A stretch of DNA of 64,000 nucleotides, from positions 4,493 through 68,492 of the forward strand of contig CAYYQK010000004.1 in the NCBI GenBank assembly GCA_964473815.1. The letters are read 5' to 3'. The notes beneath the pieces were generated by a model. It made no database searches. It worked only from the letters and a program-made list of their open reading frames with translations, and was not told the origin of the DNA. Shown piece after piece: positions 30,582 through 41,500 of the stretch (the stretch's first letter is position 1; every line of letters starts with the position of its first letter). Source of the stretch: an uncultured Candidatus Saccharibacteria bacterium. GTDB taxonomy: Bacteria > Patescibacteriota > Doudnabacteria > UBA920. Position numbers and translations under genes: made by a program.

Positions 30582-31792
30582 TACTTAATATTATTACCAA
30601 TATTATAAATCGGGCTGATTAACGCTAACGCTAGAAAACCAACCACTCCACCTATTACTAATAATAGCAAAGGTTCGATAATTGATGACATATTTCTCAT
30701 GGTGTCATCGACTTCGGCTTCAAAGTGAGTGGCTAGTTGCTCTAAAATATCCTCTAAATTTCCGGTCTCTTCTCCAATAGAAAGCATTTGGGTAACGATG
30801 AAAGGAAATAATCGCTCGTGTTCTTGTAAGGCTTGCGTTAACGGTTTACCAAGTTTAACATTTTCGGCAGTGCTAATTAAAACTTCTTTATAATATGAAT
30901 TTTCCATGGCATCGCTAGTTACTTCCAAACCTTGAACTACGGCGATGCCAGACTTCATCAAAGAGCCTAAAATACGGGCAAATCTGGCCATATTAATCTT
31001 TTTTACGATTGGGTTAACGAGTGGCATCCACAGTAAAAACAAATCCAAGAATCGCTGCCCAGCCTTGCTGCGAAAGGCTAAAATTACACCCACTACAAAC
31101 GCTATTAAACCCACAATCACAAGGACCGAATTGCCAGCCATAAAATCTGCAAAATGAATTACCAAAATTGTTATAAATGGCAAGTCAGCATTGAAGTCTT
31201 TAAAAGTTGCAGTTAGGTTTGGCAAAACGAAAATTGACATCAACACCCCAATGATTAACATGGCAGACAAAATGACCGTTGGATAAATCATGGCGCCTTT
31301 GGTTTTAGAACGCAGATCTGCTTCACGCTGCAACTGAATACGCAAATACTCCAAAGCTTTTTCAAGGTTACCAGACATCTCCCCAACTTCCACCATGCTA
31401 ATGAAAATGTGAGAGAAAATTTTTGGATAGTCAGCAATTACTTCGTGCAAACTTTTACCAGCTTCAACATCCCCAGCCATAATAGTGATAACATTTTTGA
31501 ACTTTTTATTGCTGGTTTGCTTGGCAATTATTCTTAAGGCGCGAGGCGCAGATACACCACTCCGCAGCAACAAGTCAAGGTTTTGAATAAAAGCAATTTT
31601 TTCTTTTAGAGGGACTTTACCGAGCCCGCCAAAGATACTCATCATATTCCGAGCTTTCTTTTCTTCCAAGTCCATCGGGATCAATCCCTGTTCTTTGAGT
31701 AAATGCCCGGCCGCCAATAAATTAGCCGCCTCGATTACGCCGGATTGCATCTTGCCGTCTTTTGATGATGCTGAATAATTAAAACTTGCCAT
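30581..31792 (-). CDS. pilC: Type IV pilus platform protein PilC/GspF
   Basis: GEMSGNL, AMIYP, GEETGNL, IIEP. Confidence 0.93.
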   Translation of the reverse strand: MASFNYSASSKDGKMQSGVIEAANLLAAGHLLKEQGLIPMDLEEKKARNMMSIFGGLGKVPLKEKIAFIQNLDLLLRSGVSAPRALRIIAKQTSNKKFKNVITIMAGDVEAGKSLHEVIADYPKIFSHIFISMVEVGEMSGNLEKALEYLRIQLQREADLRSKTKGAMIYPTVILSAMLIIGVLMSIFVLPNLTATFKDFNADLPFITILVIHFADFMAGNSVLVIVGLIAFVVGVILAFRSKAGQRFLDLFLLWMPLVNPIVKKINMARFARILGSLMKSGIAVVQGLEVTSDAMENSYYKEVLISTAENVKLGKPLTQALQEHERLFPFIVTQMLSIGEETGNLEDILEQLATHFEAEVDDTMRNMSSIIEPLLLLVIGGVVGFLALALISPIYNIGNNIK

Positions 31793-31809
31793 TTATTTTT
31801 ATTGATCGA

Positions 31810-33570
31810 CTACTCTTTAGTTACACGCAATATTTCTTCGATTGTAGTGAGCCCTTGCGCTGCCTTAATAAAACCGTCTTCCCACATTGGGATCATGCCT
31901 TCTTTTTCTGCCTGCTCTTGAATTTCCAAAGATGTGGCTCGTTTTACAACCAGCTCCTGAACAGCCGGAGTATTTTCCAATATTTCGTGAATGCCGATAC
32001 GCCCTTTATACCCTGTATTTCCGCACTTTTCACAGCCTTTGCCATGGAAAAATTCCAAATCTTCAATCTTGTTTATAGTTTTTTCTAGAACCTGCTCTTT
32101 GTTGATAGTGGCAATTAATTTTTCAAAATTGAATTGTTTGGACAGAGCTCCCAGTGTTGGTTCATCAACTTTCATCACTTCCTTGCAGTCTGGGCAGATA
32201 ACGCGAACCAAGCGCTGAGCAAGCACAGCATTAATGGTTGACGCAATCAAATACGGTTCGATACCAATGTCAATGATGCGCGGTGGTGCTGCCGCAGCCG
32301 AGTTTGTGTGCAAAGTGGACAGCACAATATGACCAGTCATAGCAGCGTGCATGGCTTCTTCAGCAGTTTCAGCATCACGGATTTCACCAATCATAATGAT
32401 GTTAGGGTCTTGCCGAAGCAGAGCGCGCAAACCCAAAGCAAAAGTTAGGCCAATTTTAGTATTGGTCTGCATTTGGTTTGCGCCAACAATACGGTATTCC
32501 ACCGGATCTTCAATTGTAGAAATATTTACTTGCTTGGTGTTGAGCATGGTTAACACCGCGTACAAAGTTGTGGACTTTCCACTACCAGTTGGACCGGTTA
32601 CGAGCATCATACCGTGCGGCTTGTGAATATTTCTGGTTACTACTTCACCTTGTGATTTTATGAATCCAAGCTGTTCAAAGTTCATGGCCTTGCTGGTTTC
32701 ATCCAACAAACGAATTACCACCTTTTCACCGTCGAACACAGGAATTGTGGAAACACGCAAAGAATATTTGTAGCCGTCTTTTTCGATTTTGTATCGTCCG
32801 TCCTGCGGCAGGCGGTGTTCATCAATTTTTAAATTTGCCAAAACTTTAATGCGCGCCACCAATGCAGCCTGAATGGCTTTTGGCAAAGTCATAGCGTCGT
32901 GCAAAACACCGTCAATACGGTAGCGCACTGAAACTGCGTTTTCTTGAGGTTCGATGTGGATATCAGAGGCTTTTTCAATAACAGCATATTCCAAAAGAGT
33001 GTCGACCACGCGAATAATTGGAATCTCCTGAGCCATTTTTTTAAGCTCGTCGTCGAAACTGTCACCAGGCCCTACTTTGTGCTCATCTGTTTGCCCCTCC
33101 CGAACCATGTGTTTAATTTCCCCTTCCAGATTGGTGTGATATTTAGACAAGCCAAAATCTAAAGAGGTCTTTGCAATGAGGAAAACCTTGATATCTAAGC
33201 CAGTTTTCTTCTTCATGAACTCCTTGGTTTGCAGGTCTGTTGGGTCGACCATGGCTACCGAAAGTTCGTTTTTGGTTTTAGCAAAACTAATAATTTTGTG
33301 CCTGCGGGCAATTGGTTCTGGCACTAAGTTTAAAATTTCTGGGGTGATGTTTTGATCACGCAAATCTACTACGGGAGTGTCGAATTCTTCACTCTTGATT
33401 TTCAATAATTGGTCTTCAGTAAGCGCTTTTTTGTCCAACAGAAAATCCTCCCACTGAAGTTGTGGGGTTTTTGATCGCGCAGTAATCCAATCTTTGTCGA
33501 GCGTTTCAAGAGCAGTAGCGCTAATAATGCGCTTCTTTTTGAGCAGCTGATTCAGTTCAGTTGTAACCAT
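31810..33570 (-). CDS. pilB: Type IV pilus extension ATPase PilB/GspE
   Basis: ASDIHIEP, LPQDGR, GPTGSGKST, TIEDPVEY, LRQDPN, tetracysteine motif. Confidence 0.93.
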   Translation of the reverse strand: MVTTELNQLLKKKRIISATALETLDKDWITARSKTPQLQWEDFLLDKKALTEDQLLKIKSEEFDTPVVDLRDQNITPEILNLVPEPIARRHKIISFAKTKNELSVAMVDPTDLQTKEFMKKKTGLDIKVFLIAKTSLDFGLSKYHTNLEGEIKHMVREGQTDEHKVGPGDSFDDELKKMAQEIPIIRVVDTLLEYAVIEKASDIHIEPQENAVSVRYRIDGVLHDAMTLPKAIQAALVARIKVLANLKIDEHRLPQDGRYKIEKDGYKYSLRVSTIPVFDGEKVVIRLLDETSKAMNFEQLGFIKSQGEVVTRNIHKPHGMMLVTGPTGSGKSTTLYAVLTMLNTKQVNISTIEDPVEYRIVGANQMQTNTKIGLTFALGLRALLRQDPNIIMIGEIRDAETAEEAMHAAMTGHIVLSTLHTNSAAAAPPRIIDIGIEPYLIASTINAVLAQRLVRVICPDCKEVMKVDEPTLGALSKQFNFEKLIATINKEQVLEKTINKIEDLEFFHGKGCEKCGNTGYKGRIGIHEILENTPAVQELVVKRATSLEIQEQAEKEGMIPMWEDGFIKAAQGLTTIEEILRVTKE

Positions 33571-33589
33571 TTTGTGTTTGTTTCTGCCA

Positions 33590-33698
33590 GAAAAGTCGCT
33601 AATTATTTGTGCGCAGACACACTTTGTCTCGTTCAGTCCCCCGGACTGAACTCGCGCGTTCGCCAATGGTCTGCTTAACAAATAATTATCGCCTTTTC
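33590..33698. other. Long imperfect hairpin element upstream of pilB
   Basis: Nested inverted repeats gaaaag/cttttc, taattatttgt/acaaataatta, gcagac/gtctgc, gttcagtcc/ggactgaac. Confidence 0.7.
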
Positions 33699-33781
33699 AC
33701 CTGAAATAACAAAATAATTATAACATATTTGTATCAGTTTGGACAAATTAAAAGCCCGCCTTGTTAGGTGGGCTTAAAATG

Positions 33782-34630
33782 TTATTTATTTTGAGCTTGG
33801 ATCTGTAATTTCACAGTTTGAACGAAATCTATCTTCCACTTTCCATCTTCTTTAATAAACACAATCAGTAAATTCTCAATTTTTTTAGTGGTTAAGTCTC
33901 TTACTTTGTATTTCCAAATACCATATTGGCCGCCTTTATATATTTTGATTGTTCCCTGTCCCACCGGCTGCGAGTTTGAATTGTCCTGACTATCTATATC
34001 TGCTAATACTAATGGGGTTTCCGCAAGCATTTCGATGCTCTTGTTAGACATACTAGAGATACCATCCGAAAATTTTGAGAACCCACTTGAATCCAATGAT
34101 GTGATCAAAGCTTTAATCGCGGTTACATCATTTGGACTAGACATAAAAGTCTTTGGTAAATCAGGAGACTCTTGGATGTACTGCAAAACAATTCCATACT
34201 CTTCTTCTTTGGTTTTCGTTACTGTTTGGGTTGGCAAAATATTTGGTGCTGTAAAAGTACCCTCACCAACTAAACGGCCTTTACCATTTGCGGCGCTATA
34301 AATTTGAATCGAGTAAGTAATGCTTGGGCTAAACCAAAACGCAGTGTCTAAAGAACCGTTCTTAGTTACTCTCCCCTGATACAACTTGCCATCAATACTA
34401 AACGAATATGTTGAACGAGCTGGTTGCAACCATGAAAAGTGATACTGAAGCTTGTTGGTACTCGCATCGTAATTTAAAGGAGTGGCTTCAAATCGAGCCT
34501 GAGCGTTTGAGATAACCAAAGTGGTTTCTCGGTTAAAGTCGTCAGCGCTGGCAATATTGGGAGTCAAAGCGCCTAAAATGGTGGCTACAGCCATTAAGCC
34601 TGCTGTAAGGGCTAGTTTTAGGGTTTTCAT
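33782..34630 (-). CDS. Secreted hypothetical protein
   Basis: Signal peptide ending ASA; C-terminal FIKEDGKWKID (NTF2-like end). Confidence 0.7.
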   Translation of the reverse strand: MKTLKLALTAGLMAVATILGALTPNIASADDFNRETTLVISNAQARFEATPLNYDASTNKLQYHFSWLQPARSTYSFSIDGKLYQGRVTKNGSLDTAFWFSPSITYSIQIYSAANGKGRLVGEGTFTAPNILPTQTVTKTKEEEYGIVLQYIQESPDLPKTFMSSPNDVTAIKALITSLDSSGFSKFSDGISSMSNKSIEMLAETPLVLADIDSQDNSNSQPVGQGTIKIYKGGQYGIWKYKVRDLTTKKIENLLIVFIKEDGKWKIDFVQTVKLQIQAQNK

Positions 34631-34798
34631 AAACTGTGATTAATTGTTAAGATTTAATCGTAAACTAATATACATCGCCACCGCAAGTAGCCGATGAGAA
34701 GCTCCGTGTTAAGGCCGCTGACAATTCAACGATACTTTTTTAACTCAAAGCATTTTGGGTATGGAAGAAAATACCATCAAGTAATCCGAAGTAGCTAT

Positions 34799-35180
34799 TT
34801 ATTTTTTCCAGTAACATAATTTGGTAACGTCATGCGGATAGGTTTCTCCATAATCTTTGCCTGGAATAGGTTCTTCTATCTTATCTCTAGATAAATCTAT
34901 CTGTCTCCATTGTTTATCTTTTTCGTCTTGATCGTTAGGTTTTCTAACATGCTCAAGGATTCTACTTTCAACTGCTCCTATATCACCGAAGTTTTTCTGA
35001 GCATCGATAAGAGAAACTTTATTTGCACCGCCCATATTTGGAAATCTCAAATGAGACACATCGTCTTCCCAAAAAACAAATATCGCATATATCGTCAGAA
35101 CCTGGTGGTTCAGTGAATACTTTGTAGCCACAAGCAGGACATGTGTATAATTTGTTCCTGGTGTTGTTTTTTGGATCTAT
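34799..35180 (-). pseudogene. Frameshifted Cys_rich_CPCC-family gene
   Basis: YTCPACGYKVFTEPPGSDDICDICF in one frame continues as WEDD..GGANKVSLIDAQKNF in another; one extra base in the A6 run at 35071-35076; no canonical start codon. Confidence 0.8.
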
Positions 35181-35202
35181 TAAGGTTCCACGCTCGTATA
35201 AA

Positions 35203-35556
35203 CTACATTAATTTTGTTAACCAATCATCAAGCTTAACCTCATCAACATTTGATTTAAGTAAGCCAATCAAGGCTTGCCCGTCAGACTTAGAGATTTGAA
35301 GTATATCCCAATCATCTTTTGTGTTAACCATGTATTCCAAACCTTTTGCTATAACATCCATATCTGCTCGATCAATATGAATTATTTCTTTGATGGGTAG
35401 ATAAGGGTATTTAATTTGTAATTTTTTGAAGGCAGGTAAAAGGTCTTCAAATCCACCAGGATTACTTAAATATTTATCATCAGAACAGTTTTCTATAACT
35501 TCAGAGACTGCTGAAAATGTTAATCTATCAATTGTTATTATTTTATCTTCTTCCAT
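35203..35556 (-). CDS. Putative cognate immunity protein
   Basis: Small acidic AT-rich ORF overlapping the Rhs 3' end by 14 bp. Confidence 0.65.
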   Translation of the reverse strand: MEEDKIITIDRLTFSAVSEVIENCSDDKYLSNPGGFEDLLPAFKKLQIKYPYLPIKEIIHIDRADMDVIAKGLEYMVNTKDDWDILQISKSDGQALIGLLKSNVDEVKLDDWLTKLM

Positions 35557-38500
35557 ATGTTCTTGTATCTTCCATTAAATTTTTTCTTATATATCTTCCC
35601 ATTGCTTGTGAGGTATTCTTGGGAAACATTGTAGGTTCTCCTACATTGGTATTAATAAACACCTGACCAGTTGTCTTACTACCATAATATTGCTTATTAA
35701 CATCCTTTCCTGTCAAAGGATCAACTCCCTTAATTCTCCCGTAGTAATCGGCGCTTTCCTTGGTCTCCTTGGCGAGGTTAGCTATTCGTTCCTCAGACAT
35801 TCCCGGATATCTCACATACTCATGGTCATTAATTATATGACTTGCTGCCCTAGAGTAACTTCCTTCAACCCCTAGTTCAGGTGAAACTGCGGCAATCCCA
35901 TCAGGCAATAGAGCGTCTGAAAATTCTGGTTGAACTACCGATATTATTAGAGCACCTGTTTGTAAGGACTTATCAGCAAAAGCTCCGCTACCATTCAATG
36001 CATTAGCTCTGGCGTTACTTAATGGCTTACCTTGACTTATATAAGTATTAGGAAGTGTTTCAGTTATATTTGCTGGGGCGTAAGCAGTTTTAATCGAAAA
36101 AGGGTTAAGATCACTTACGGTACTACTCACAAAACTTGATGTGGATAATGTCCAAGCAGTAACTGTACCAGAAACCGAGTCCCAAGCTGATCTGAAACCA
36201 AACAAGCCGGTTGGGTCAATGTTATTGATTGGATTATTAACAACATAAGCATAACTGTTCATGCCCTGGGGGTCAGTCTTATCAAATCCAGCATAAATAA
36301 ACAACGGATCCTGACTAGCAAATCTTCCAATACTTGGATTATAGTATCTAGCTTTTGCATAAACAAGACCTGTATCCACATCTTCTTCGTGTCCTGTGTA
36401 GCCATGCTTGGTATCAATGCTACCAGTTTGACTCAAAACCTTACCAAATGGATCATAAGTAACAGCTTCAGAAACAGTTGTTGCACCACTAATTTCTTTA
36501 ACTGGCGTACCTAAATTGTCGGTAATAGAAGAGTAAATATTAGTGCCAGAAATTGTTCCGATTTGAGTACCTCCCAAGCTAATAGAAACTTCAGGAGTGC
36601 TGCCACGAACCAAATATCCACTCTCTGCCTGCACTTCAGTGCCACTTGGGGTTTGGTATATAAATCGTTGACCAGATTCATCATAGTAAGAATCAATGTT
36701 TGTCGTTCCGCCAACTGTCACGCGAGTCGGCTGGTTTTGCCAGTTCCAAGTCAGAGCCTGATTCGGTGCTGTAATCATATTGCCATTATCATCGTATGTG
36801 TAATTATTAGAACCTACACTTGTCACTGCGTGCGGATTTGTTTTGCCAGCGCCACTATAAGTGTAGGCTGCTCCGTTCATTGATGTAATATTACCAATTG
36901 CATCATAAGAATAACTATAGGTGGTCGGACTACCTGTAGTAGGTGTGTAAACTGATTGGGTTAACCGATTTAAATCATCATAGGTGTAAGCCTTGGTCAA
37001 ACCAGGCTCTGCGATTTGAGTAATGTTATTTACACTATCATAAGTGTAATCATAACTCTGCAGAGTTGTGCTTCCGGAAACAGCAGACATCGCAGACTCT
37101 CGATACATCTTATTTGCATCATATGTATGGGTAATAGTTGGTCCGCCTGAAATACTAATACTTGTTGGTTTTTCTTGATGGTCAAATACTGTTGTGGCGT
37201 ACAACGCTTCAGTCCCTCCTGGTGTTGTTGTATACACGGTCGATGGCAGTCCCCAATCTCCAAACGCATAGCGAACACCAGCACCATTTTGATAAGTAGT
37301 TTTCTTAGTTTGGTCTGCTATGTTATAGGTATACGAAGTAGTATAAGAATTCCCTAACGTAGTCAGTGTAGTACTAGTTGGTACTCCAGAAATACCATAG
37401 GAGTAAGTTTTGCTTAAAGAGACGCTATTCGGCAAAGTTCCAGAAACACTACATACCTGACCCTTGCCGTTAGTACAATTATCATAAACGAAAGTATAAT
37501 CAGTCCCGGCAGTGCCAGACCCGTCGATTGTGCTAACCCGGTCTAATTGGTCATATGTTCTAGTATCATTTGCTCCATTAGGCTTTGTTTCTACTAGCCT
37601 GTTTCCATTTGCATCATAAGTCCAGGAGGTAGATCCAAAACTAGAATCACCAGAAGCATGCAAGTCCTCTGAATTAGTAATCCAACCAGCATTGTTATAA
37701 GCAAATGAACGAACGTTTCCCAATGCATCAGTTAAACCAGTCAACAAATTTCTATTATCATATACATAATTGGTAGTATATTGGCTACTATTATTATATT
37801 CTTTTACTTTGACGATATTACCATAAGCATCGCTTGAGACTTTTTTCTGATGATTATTTGCATCAGTTGTAGTTGTTTCTACCCCCGCATAACTCATGCT
37901 AGTTGTACCAATGCTATTGGCCACAGAAGTTGGTCGATCCAAAACATCATAACTAGTAGTTGTATACAAGGTAGATGGAACCGTGGCGGTGAACATATTA
38001 CTCTCGTTTGTATCCCCAGTTCCATAAGGCACGCTCAGTTTTGAAATTCTTCCTAAGGCATCATAAATCTTGGCAGACTTTAAATAATATTTACCGTCAC
38101 TCAAACGCTTGGTCGCAAGCCGCACCGGTTGACCGAAATTATCTAAAATTTCTACTGAGTTTAATGTATTACCACTATCGACAAACTTAAAATGCTCTAT
38201 TCCATAACCACTATCTCCAAAGTTAGCTATATACTGCCTGTCCACTTGAGTACCCCCTGTATTCTGGGTTGTTGTGGTATACAAATTTCCCAAAGCAGTG
38301 TACCCGAAACTCGTAGTACGCCCATTCGGATCGATAACAGTATTTGGCATCCAAACAACATAGGTGTGTGTTGTGGTTTGGTTTAAAGCATTGGTTTCCG
38401 TTGCAACATAAGATTTTGTGGCGTCATAAGTGTAGGTGGTTGTTGCCAAACGTGGATTTGTGACCGTTAGAACATTTCCATATGAATCATAAGTGTACGT

Positions 38501-41500
38501 GATATCGGCGACAACGGAACCATTCCCTGAAATCCATTTTGACTGTTTGGTTAAATCCCCAAATGATCCAATACTCCCTAAGGATTGAGAATCATAGTAA
38601 TAATCTATCCGTGCAATAGTATCTGTTGGAGACGAACTTGTTCTAACATCTTCGCGTTTAAGTTTAACCATGGTCCCGCCGCCATTCGAACTATATTCAT
38701 TGTAGTTATAACGAGAGTCAGATGTGGTATCTGTATAAGTACCGTCTGATGCAACTGTCACAAAACCTAAGTTGATTTGCGAAGTTTGTTCTCCAATACT
38801 TGTATCATACCCATACGTTTGTGCTGTCCCTACACTTGTCCCAGAGCTAGTTATTTTAGAAACAGACTCTGTGGGGTAAACAAAATTAGAATATCGGCCA
38901 ACAACCGGTTCAGTAACCAGATTGTAGAAACCGTATTTTAACCAGTTTTCTTTTTTGGTTGTTGCTGATGGGTTTTTTATAATCGAATAGTATGGCTTAC
39001 CTACCAATGATAAATTATTGTCTGCGGGCTCGTTTGTAGAAGAATCCGAGCCATTATCTTGGAGGAAATAAGTATCTGTGATTCTGATTGGTGCTAAGTC
39101 ACTCCCTGATTCTGTTGCTGTTACTTTATGGAAACCAACAAAACGAGTTTGAGCTGTTGCAGGATCCTTAATATACGCACCCCCAGAGTATGCGTACTGA
39201 GTGACTTCATCAGGTTGACCAACCCCAATATTTTGAATAGTAACTTTGTTAACCACAGATACTGGAGATGCGTGAGTGTCATCTAAATTTGTCGGTGCGG
39301 TTCCATAACTAATTGAAGTTTTACCACCAAATGGACTTGTGATTACAGTAAGTTTATTTGGGACTGCAGGTTTCCCCATAAGGACCAGTGAATTGATTAT
39401 GGTTCCGCTAAAATTCGTTTTGGAAGTAATAAAATCATTTACCCCATCACTATTTACATCGAGCCATAGGCTCTCCTTTAATTGAGCCATTGGTATCCAG
39501 GTAGCCTGCTGAGGTAGAGTCAAACTTGTCCAAGTACTCGATCCATCATCCAACCCCAACACAGCCATTTCTCCACTACCAACAGTAGATTTAGCAATTT
39601 GATCTGGAAACCCATCTGAATTTACATCGACTAAGGCTCCCCAGTATTGAGAAGAGGCGCTCCACTGCATACCACTTGCATTCCATATTGGATCTACATC
39701 ACTAAAACCAACGCCAGTATTCAAGAAAGTCCTAACCCCTAAACTATTTTTAGTCATCATATCTACTAGCCCATCGCCATTTATGTCGCTGAAACCTGTC
39801 GTAGCAGCGGATCCCATTGATACTGAATATGGAATACTGTAGGCAAAACCCGAACCGGTGTTTAAATAAATTCCATAGGATTCATTGATGTAATCAAGCC
39901 GACCGTCTCCATTAAGGTCAATTAAAGCCTGCCATTTTTCTGAAACAGGGTTTGGAGGGCAATTAGGAGACAAAGTGTAAGTCTGGCCAACTTTGGGGGT
40001 AAAGGTGTAAGCAGAAGATTGAGTCCAACCGTTACCATTATTCAAAAACACTTTAAAATTTGAGGTTCCGCCAAAATACAAAATATCATTCTTGCCATCA
40101 TTATTAATGTCATACAAGAAAGTATTAGACTCAGCAGAGCTTCTATCTCCCACATTCGGTCCACAAAAATAGTCTTCTGGAATATAGCTCCGAATATCCC
40201 ATGTGTTTCCACTTTGAGATGCAAAACTACTTCCAGTATTTAGATAAAGCGGAGTTGCTCCGGATTCGCCAACATCGAATTGTCTTGGTTGTAAGTCCGG
40301 ATAATGATCACCATTCAAATCTAAAATGGCATAATGCCCATTTATTGCCGGAGCACTCCAAGAGCTCGTTGAATCAACAAAATTAGTGCCGTTATTCAAC
40401 AAAAACTTTGTTGGTGTGGTTCCTATTAAGACATCGGGATAACCATTTTGATCAAAGTCATTGGTATAAGTAGCCCCAGTCCAGCCGGCAGCTGAGTCGG
40501 TTGGCAAGCCTAACCCAGCCAAAGAATGAGTTCCCTGTTGCCAACCTACGGTTTTAGTTGAATAGCTAAACTTCGTGGTATCTTGAAAATTTTCAGAGTA
40601 TACATAATTTGGTATGCTGGCTGATCGCTGAATTAAAAGTAGATTTTGAAGCTTAGAAAAAGGAATTGAGCTATAAGTAAGTGTATAAGTCTCGCTCACA
40701 GTAAGATCTGTGGTGGAGCTCACCACGATACTACTCATTTGCTTTATTGTCTTTACGGCAAAGCCTGCATTATAAACGGTTGTACTGTACTGGTACGGAT
40801 TAGTATAGTTAAAGGTTACTGTATGAATAGCCGGGGAAGTCGAGTTATAAGTATAAGCTATCTGACTGGGATAAATTTGAGCATTATCTTTAATGTAAGT
40901 ATACTGGATTTCATTGCCATGTGGATCAGCAATTTTTGAAAGCATCCACTTATAAATCTTTGTTGTATCGGCAGGGTTATCTTGACGAGATGCAGTGGTA
41001 TAGCCGTAAGTGTAGGTTCGACCATCCTTACCCGTTACCGTCCAACTATTATTGCTATTATATGTATACTTTAGATAATCACCATTATCTGATTCAGGTC
41101 GATAGGTTGTAAATTGCGAAGATGATGTATCAGTAGTCGCAATTAAATTACCCGAAGAAGACGAGCTAAAAAATGCCTTAGTATAAAGGTTGTCTGTGCC
41201 TTTGACAGGCTCACGCTTAATATAAGGGACAGAAGCTTCCCAACCCAAACCCATTATTGTGTCGGGCTTGGCAGAATTTCGAGAATCATAGTTTAAGGAT
41301 AATTGAGGTGTCATCCCGGCACGACCCTCAGGCAAAAAAATAGGATACGAGTATGTTAGCGCTCCGGTAGACTGATCTACGCTTGCTTTTGGTTGGGCCG
41401 AAGAATTAAAACCCAATGCGCCCCCGGATCCAACAGGCGCAGCTAAAGAAGCTTGTTTGGCTACATCTTTTTTAATATTTGCGTCCTCAGCATTAGGGTC

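Noticed and set aside
33571-33681. ORF-track N-terminal extensions (pilB; also ino1, mutM, holA, LOG, copA)
   Set aside because: The extensions cross promoters, hairpins or neighbouring genes; downstream ATGs match family N-termini.
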